The notes beneath the pieces were generated by a model. It saw only the letters and a program-made list of their open reading frames with translations, was not told where the DNA came from and made no database searches. DNA of 64,000 nucleotides from Promethearchaeota archaeon (GTDB lineage Archaea > Asgardarchaeota > Lokiarchaeia > Sigyniarchaeales > SOKP01): assembly GCA_011364925.1 (NCBI GenBank), contig RDOA01000018.1, positions 1,012 through 65,011 on the forward strand, in the 5' to 3' direction. Numbering within the stretch: position 1 is the stretch's first letter; the number at the start of each line of letters is the position of its first letter. Positions 59,170 to 64,000 of the stretch are shown here, one piece after another. Both the position numbers and the translations under genes were made by a program.

Positions 59170-60177
59170 TTAATTTTTTACCTCGAAATCTAATTTTTGC
59201 CCACAATGCATACAAAATTGAAATTTCAAACGCATATATTTTCCGCAGAATGGACAGTAAATACCAGGTCCGCTGATTATTTCTTTTTGAGGTACCTCGT
59301 ATTCCTGAGAAGCTTCTTGATAAGGAGTTTGGTACTGTAAATATTGATCTTTTCTTTCTTTCAAGTGGGCAAATAATGGAGTCAATAAACAAATCAATAA
59401 TGGTGTAAAAAACACTTGAACAAGATTTATAACAAGATCGAATAATATTATCATTCCATAATTTCTAGTAGACGGATTATACCAAGAAATACTACTCTGA
59501 AAAGGTGTGAGGTTTAAAATCATCTGATATCCCGTCTCGCAAATCAATATTATGAGATTATTAACAACTAAGATCCCGATAATTTTCCAGAACTCCCCTT
59601 TCGCCAAAGATTTAGCATCTCTTATCCTATGATTTGAATCGCTAGAATGATAGGTAAATATATATAAGATGAAAAATCCAAATATGATGATTCCAGGTAT
59701 CAAAACCATCAATCCGGCAGAATATAAAACCCCTAATAATAAGATTACCATCAGAATTCTTTTGTTTAAAGCTTTTCTTAGTTCAGGGAATAGTTTCATA
59801 GCTCTACCAACAAACTTATTATAGAGATAATTACTCACTAAGCAGATTGCTATTACATTGAATAGATTAGGAATAAGTACCGCTAAAAAAAAACTTAAAA
59901 ACCCTGAAGCTAAGTATCTTCCTATAAGCATGAATTCAGCATATGTTATATCAGAAGGATTTTTTGAAAGGATTGTATCTATTGTTGGGGTTAGCGTTGT
60001 AAATTGCCAATCGAAATCCACAGTTAATAAATCTGTAATGATTAAACCAATTATATAAAGTAAACCTAAAGGTAAGATTAGAGTTAGATTTTTTCCAAAC
60101 AGACGAAATCCTTCATACAGAATCTCATTAAATCGTTTATTTGAAATTCTGTGAAGATTTGGATAATTATCTGACAT
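59170..60177 (-). CDS. Polytopic membrane protein with C-terminal zinc ribbon
   Basis: About 6 TMs, LAKGEFWKIIG, CPFCG...CMHCG. Confidence 0.8.
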   Translation of the reverse strand: MSDNYPNLHRISNKRFNEILYEGFRLFGKNLTLILPLGLLYIIGLIITDLLTVDFDWQFTTLTPTIDTILSKNPSDITYAEFMLIGRYLASGFLSFFLAVLIPNLFNVIAICLVSNYLYNKFVGRAMKLFPELRKALNKRILMVILLLGVLYSAGLMVLIPGIIIFGFFILYIFTYHSSDSNHRIRDAKSLAKGEFWKIIGILVVNNLIILICETGYQMILNLTPFQSSISWYNPSTRNYGMIILFDLVINLVQVFFTPLLICLLTPLFAHLKERKDQYLQYQTPYQEASQEYEVPQKEIISGPGIYCPFCGKYMRLKFQFCMHCGQKLDFEVKN

Positions 60178-60304
60178 AATTTTTATTATTTTTCTAATTA
60201 TTTATAATTTTTTGAACCCATCTAATTTTAAGGATCCTTCATTAATTTTAAAGTAGGAATAGAAAAAGATTTAAAATGCTATAATTATTATTTAACTACC
60301 GGTT

Positions 60305-62212
60305 ATGTACTCGCAACAGCCACCTACTCGCCATATTCCAGGATTTCTATCGTATATAGATTATTTTTCTACGAAAAAATCAGCCTATGTATTATTCTTC
60401 AGTGTACCCGGTATCATTAGTATTTTATCGTTCATCTTAAATTCACTTTTTACCAATATATGGAATTTTTTTTATTTATCTAATTTATTAATTACAATTT
60501 ACTCCACTTCTGGAGGAGCTGTACTAGTATCGATTTTATTTTACTCAAAAAAATCTCCTCTCTTGTCGCTTCCTCCAAAAGGATGGGCGCTTCAGATGAA
60601 CGCTCTTTTTACGGGACTTATGGGACTTTCACTATTAATTGGGCAAACAATTTCGATTTTTCTAAGAAATGCTGCATTTCAAGAAGTATTTCTCATTCTT
60701 GGTACCATTATTTCCTTTATCATCACATATGTGGTTTACTTTTCTTTCACAACGGCAGGAAAATATGGTAACTTCATATTAGCTCTTGTACAACCTGCTA
60801 TTGAAATTACATTCTACAGTATCTTTGCATCACAGCTTCCCTTTTTATTCTTCATTAGAGCTATGTTATTTTTTATTATATGTGCGATAATATTTGCAAT
60901 ACCCTACGCAAGAAGTTTATCTCGAGTAGATAGTGTGTATAGAGAAGCAACAGGAATAGGGGGATATCCATTTATTAGAGCTTTTGTTCTCTCAATGTTG
61001 ACAGAGGGAAATGATGATTTGCTTGAAAGTTTTTTTGATAAAGTCGGAGTTTATTCAAATGTAAAAATTCAATATTTAGCAATAAGGAGTGAGAGGGAAA
61101 AAGAGTTGAAAGGATTATTTATTATACCACAAGTTCATTTTGGCCCATTTAAAACATGTGGGTCCTCGGATTTGCCAGCTTACATTTACAATGCGTTCAA
61201 AAATATTAAAGGTGCTACAGTTTATCACACAACCAATGACCACGCCCAAAATCTTACCTCTCAGAAAGAACTCGATAAAATTTTAAGTAAAATAAAAGAC
61301 GATGTAAAAAATTTTCAGGAAAATGCAGAGATCGAATGGATCAAAGAAGTGAATACGACTGCGAGAAATATGTCTAATTCTGCGAAGTTATTAGGTATCG
61401 ACATAAACAATGTTGCGATTGTGTTTTTAACAAGGCATCCGTTACCTTCTGATGACATTGAAATGGAGGTAGGAGAAGAAATTAGAAGAATTGCTAAATC
61501 GAAGGGTTATCGAGAAATAATCATTATAGACTCGCATAATTCTATAATTGGAGACGAGGTTTTAATAAGGAATAAATCTATTGAAGCAAGGGATTTAATC
61601 TCTGTTTCAGAAAAATTTTTGACCTCTAATAAAGAAAATAAATTTTCAAACAAAATTGTCGTTCAATATGGCGTTGCTAGAGATTTAATGCTTGAACATT
61701 CAGAAAAAGATGGTATAGGAACAGGAGGTTTAGTAGTCCATCTTTTTAAAGATGTCATTACAAATCAAAAAACAGCATTCATTCACTTTGATGCGAATAA
61801 TGCTTATGTAGATATTCGTTCGTTCGTACTTAATAAATTACAAAATAGAGGTATTGAATGGGGAGAACTAACAACTTCGGATTCGCACACTGTAGCAAGA
61901 CAGTTTTCTCCGAGAGGATATAGTCCTCTTGGTGATAAGATCACATTGGAAACGATTTTAGATAAAATAGATAAATTAATCCTTGAAGCGGAAAACGACT
62001 TAGAAGCTGTTGAATTTGCTTACTACGACTCGATTGTTGAAAACATAAAAATATGGGGGGATCCAAAGTATTTCAATGTGATTATGAACACTTTGTTTAA
62101 ATGTATAAAAGTATCTCAAGGTTTATTCACTTATAGTTTAATAATTCCCGCGTTATTTTCAATGATTCTACTTATATTCTTTTATCGAATCACATTTAGC
62201 ACAGTTCTTTAA
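60305..62212 (+). CDS. DUF2070-family membrane protein
   Basis: N-terminal TMs; PQVHFGPF, GSSDLP, DSHN, DANN, TTSDSH. Confidence 0.85.
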   Translation: MYSQQPPTRHIPGFLSYIDYFSTKKSAYVLFFSVPGIISILSFILNSLFTNIWNFFYLSNLLITIYSTSGGAVLVSILFYSKKSPLLSLPPKGWALQMNALFTGLMGLSLLIGQTISIFLRNAAFQEVFLILGTIISFIITYVVYFSFTTAGKYGNFILALVQPAIEITFYSIFASQLPFLFFIRAMLFFIICAIIFAIPYARSLSRVDSVYREATGIGGYPFIRAFVLSMLTEGNDDLLESFFDKVGVYSNVKIQYLAIRSEREKELKGLFIIPQVHFGPFKTCGSSDLPAYIYNAFKNIKGATVYHTTNDHAQNLTSQKELDKILSKIKDDVKNFQENAEIEWIKEVNTTARNMSNSAKLLGIDINNVAIVFLTRHPLPSDDIEMEVGEEIRRIAKSKGYREIIIIDSHNSIIGDEVLIRNKSIEARDLISVSEKFLTSNKENKFSNKIVVQYGVARDLMLEHSEKDGIGTGGLVVHLFKDVITNQKTAFIHFDANNAYVDIRSFVLNKLQNRGIEWGELTTSDSHTVARQFSPRGYSPLGDKITLETILDKIDKLILEAENDLEAVEFAYYDSIVENIKIWGDPKYFNVIMNTLFKCIKVSQGLFTYSLIIPALFSMILLIFFYRITFSTVL

Positions 62213-62254
62213 GTTACTCTAGCTAATTTCGTGATCATATGATCTGCATATTAT

Positions 62255-62857
62255 ATGGATATATCTAACTTAAAATCCATTTTTTTTTTTAAAAGTATTC
62301 TTTTCGTAATGAATTTAGATATGTTGAGTTCAGAGATCTCAAAATTGATGAAGGTGACGTTCATTGGATCGCCAGCAGTGGGGAAAACTACGATGTTAAG
62401 ACTACTTTCTAAAGATATAATTGATAAATTTTATTTTCCCACCCATGGTTTTGACTTAAAGACGATTAAATTGGATGATTATCACATTAGGATATGGGAT
62501 TTTGGAGGACAACAAAGTTATTTAAAAACATATTCACGAGATTATTTGCTTGGCTCAGACATCCTTTTTGTAGTGACTGATTCTACACCAAGGAATGTTT
62601 TGAAATCTAGAGAGTTGATCAATTACGCAGCACACTTCGTCGATCAAGACTGTCCTGTTGTTGCTATAGCAAATAAACAAGACTTAACAAAAAATGATGG
62701 TCGAATGACTCCCGACAGAGTTGAAGCACTTCTTCGTGTTAAAACTTATGGACTGACAGCGATAAATCCCGCTGAAAGAACAACTTTAGTAGAAATTATA
62801 AGAAAAGAATTAAATAAAATTGTAATAAGAAAGAGGGCAGAAAAGAATGAAATTTAA
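62255..62857 (+). CDS. Small Ras-superfamily (Arf/Rab-like) GTPase (true start likely a downstream ATG)
   Basis: G1 GSPAVGKT, G2 PTHG, G3 WDFGGQ, G4 NKQD, G5-like TA. Confidence 0.93.
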   Translation: MDISNLKSIFFFKSILFVMNLDMLSSEISKLMKVTFIGSPAVGKTTMLRLLSKDIIDKFYFPTHGFDLKTIKLDDYHIRIWDFGGQQSYLKTYSRDYLLGSDILFVVTDSTPRNVLKSRELINYAAHFVDQDCPVVAIANKQDLTKNDGRMTPDRVEALLRVKTYGLTAINPAERTTLVEIIRKELNKIVIRKRAEKNEI

Positions 62858-63401
62858 TGAGGAAGAACTTTTCGGCGCGGCTATGATTGGATTTGATATT
62901 TTAGATGGCCCTTTCCTTAAATGGAAAAAAGAATATGGAAATACTACAAATCTGATGAAATTAGATGACTTTGCTATGACTTTTTACTTAGCATTTCGAG
63001 GAGGAAACGCTGGAAAAAAACCAAGGGCAATTTTATACGATAAATTTTACATTGTAGCTTTTCCAAATGACATGGAACTTTGTTGTTTATTTATGAAGCC
63101 ACAAGGGATTGATGAAAATATTCAACAACTTAACAAAGTCGCTAAAAGAATTATCCTTGAGATGGATGCGAATGAAGCAGACGATAATGTCCCTACAGTA
63201 TCCGACGAAGACACTGTCGAGGAAATGAAGAGATTAATTGTAAATCTTTTAAGCGGTGTAGAAATGTCTACCCCTGAATTAAGAAAGTACTTCAAATTAA
63301 GTAATTCACAGATATGGAAGGTTATGGCAGATTTAGAAAATTCTCGAAAAGTAAAACGTGCAAGAAAACAAGGAAGAACTGTATTATGGACTGCTAATTA
63401 G
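62847..63401 (+). CDS. Longin/uDENN-like domain fused to a C-terminal wHTH
   Basis: AAMIGFDILDGPFLKW resembles the uDENN/longin FDxxxGP start; MSTPELRKYFKLSNSQIWKVMADLE...W is wHTH-like; overlaps the GTPase gene. Confidence 0.6.
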   Translation: MKFNEEELFGAAMIGFDILDGPFLKWKKEYGNTTNLMKLDDFAMTFYLAFRGGNAGKKPRAILYDKFYIVAFPNDMELCCLFMKPQGIDENIQQLNKVAKRIILEMDANEADDNVPTVSDEDTVEEMKRLIVNLLSGVEMSTPELRKYFKLSNSQIWKVMADLENSRKVKRARKQGRTVLWTAN

Positions 63402-63435
63402 TTTTTTTTCCTAACTTTTTTTATTAATACACTTT

Positions 63436-64000
63436 TTAAGTCAATTTATGTTTCCAATTTTTCTTCTTAGTGAAATATCTAGAGAACATGATATAGCAAA
63501 TTTCAGGCAATTCCTTGTCTAAGTTATTTAATGTTATATAACGGAGTATGTGATTGATAAGAAAGACTCCTAGAAATTCCATGTGATAGCTACCGACTTT
63601 TGCAGGTAAATATTCTCCAGAATAACCTATTTTTAATTCATCTTGTTTGCTATATGTTAATTCAATAAAGATACCGGGAAAGACTTCTTTTTTAATTCGC
63701 CACCCGCTTTCAGTGGACCAAACCTTAGCGCCTAGAAATGAAGCGAGACTTTTTTGATCTTCCTCTTCGAGTAAGCTAAAAGGTTCGTATCTTTGTTCTA
63801 GCACCTTTTTCATCATATCCGTTGTTCTATCGTAAGATTTCTCAAATGGTTCTTTATTTTTTATTATTCGTTCGATGAAATCAAAAACTATATCCACATA
63901 AGTTATGCTGTCTTCACCTGGAACTGCGACAACCATTTCGCCGGAAAAATAACACTTGAATTCGGCTGTAATCCCCTCTCCAAATTCATCTCCAAAATAT
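63436..64000 (-). CDS. Hypothetical protein, 5'-truncated by the window edge
   Basis: Frame stays open from the ATG at 63936 to the window end. Confidence 0.65.
   Translation of the reverse strand, partial: YFGDEFGEGITAEFKCYFSGEMVVAVPGEDSITYVDIVFDFIERIIKNKEPFEKSYDRTTDMMKKVLEQRYEPFSLLEEEDQKSLASFLGAKVWSTESGWRIKKEVFPGIFIELTYSKQDELKIGYSGEYLPAKVGSYHMEFLGVFLINHILRYITLNNLDKELPEICYIMFSRYFTKKKNWKHKLT

Noticed and set aside
167-60771. Numerous short ORF-track entries antisense to or nested in long genes (e.g. 16051-16626, 9703-10023, 22900-23301, 32036-32404)
   Set aside because: They shadow well-supported genes on the other strand or frame and show no motifs

Overview
An AT-rich, densely coding 64-kb chromosomal segment whose gene content (small Arf/Rab-like GTPase next to a longin/uDENN-like protein, two PAC2-family proteasome chaperones, DUF2070, TPR-wHTH and zinc-ribbon-tailed membrane proteins, GGTGA-type Shine-Dalgarno motifs, poly-T 3' tracts) points to an Asgard archaeon, most likely Lokiarchaeia (inference). 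It holds about 60 CDS and one tRNA-Ala(GGC), with no CRISPR array, rRNA or recognisable transposase/integrase. Main blocks: a copper locus (CopA with extra metal domains, PadR-TRASH regulator, shared operator), both minimal Fe-S assembly systems (IscS/IscU and SufC/SufBD), a MoxR-vWA-zincin cluster, two-component genes, purE-rpiA-rpe facing a xylulokinase, and a site-1-protease-like subtilase. The best candidate for an undescribed system is the adjacent pair 15608-21126: a 21-repeat WD40 protein with a C-terminal TIR domain, followed by a CorA-like two-TM protein fused to an ADP-ribose-type Nudix domain, which resembles a TIR signal-producer plus ADPR-sensing membrane effector. A second notable signal is that several conserved genes (dodecin, polyferredoxin, IscU) appear to start at ATT/ATC codons and were missed or truncated by the ORF track. 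All family assignments come from motif recognition by eye, not database searches.
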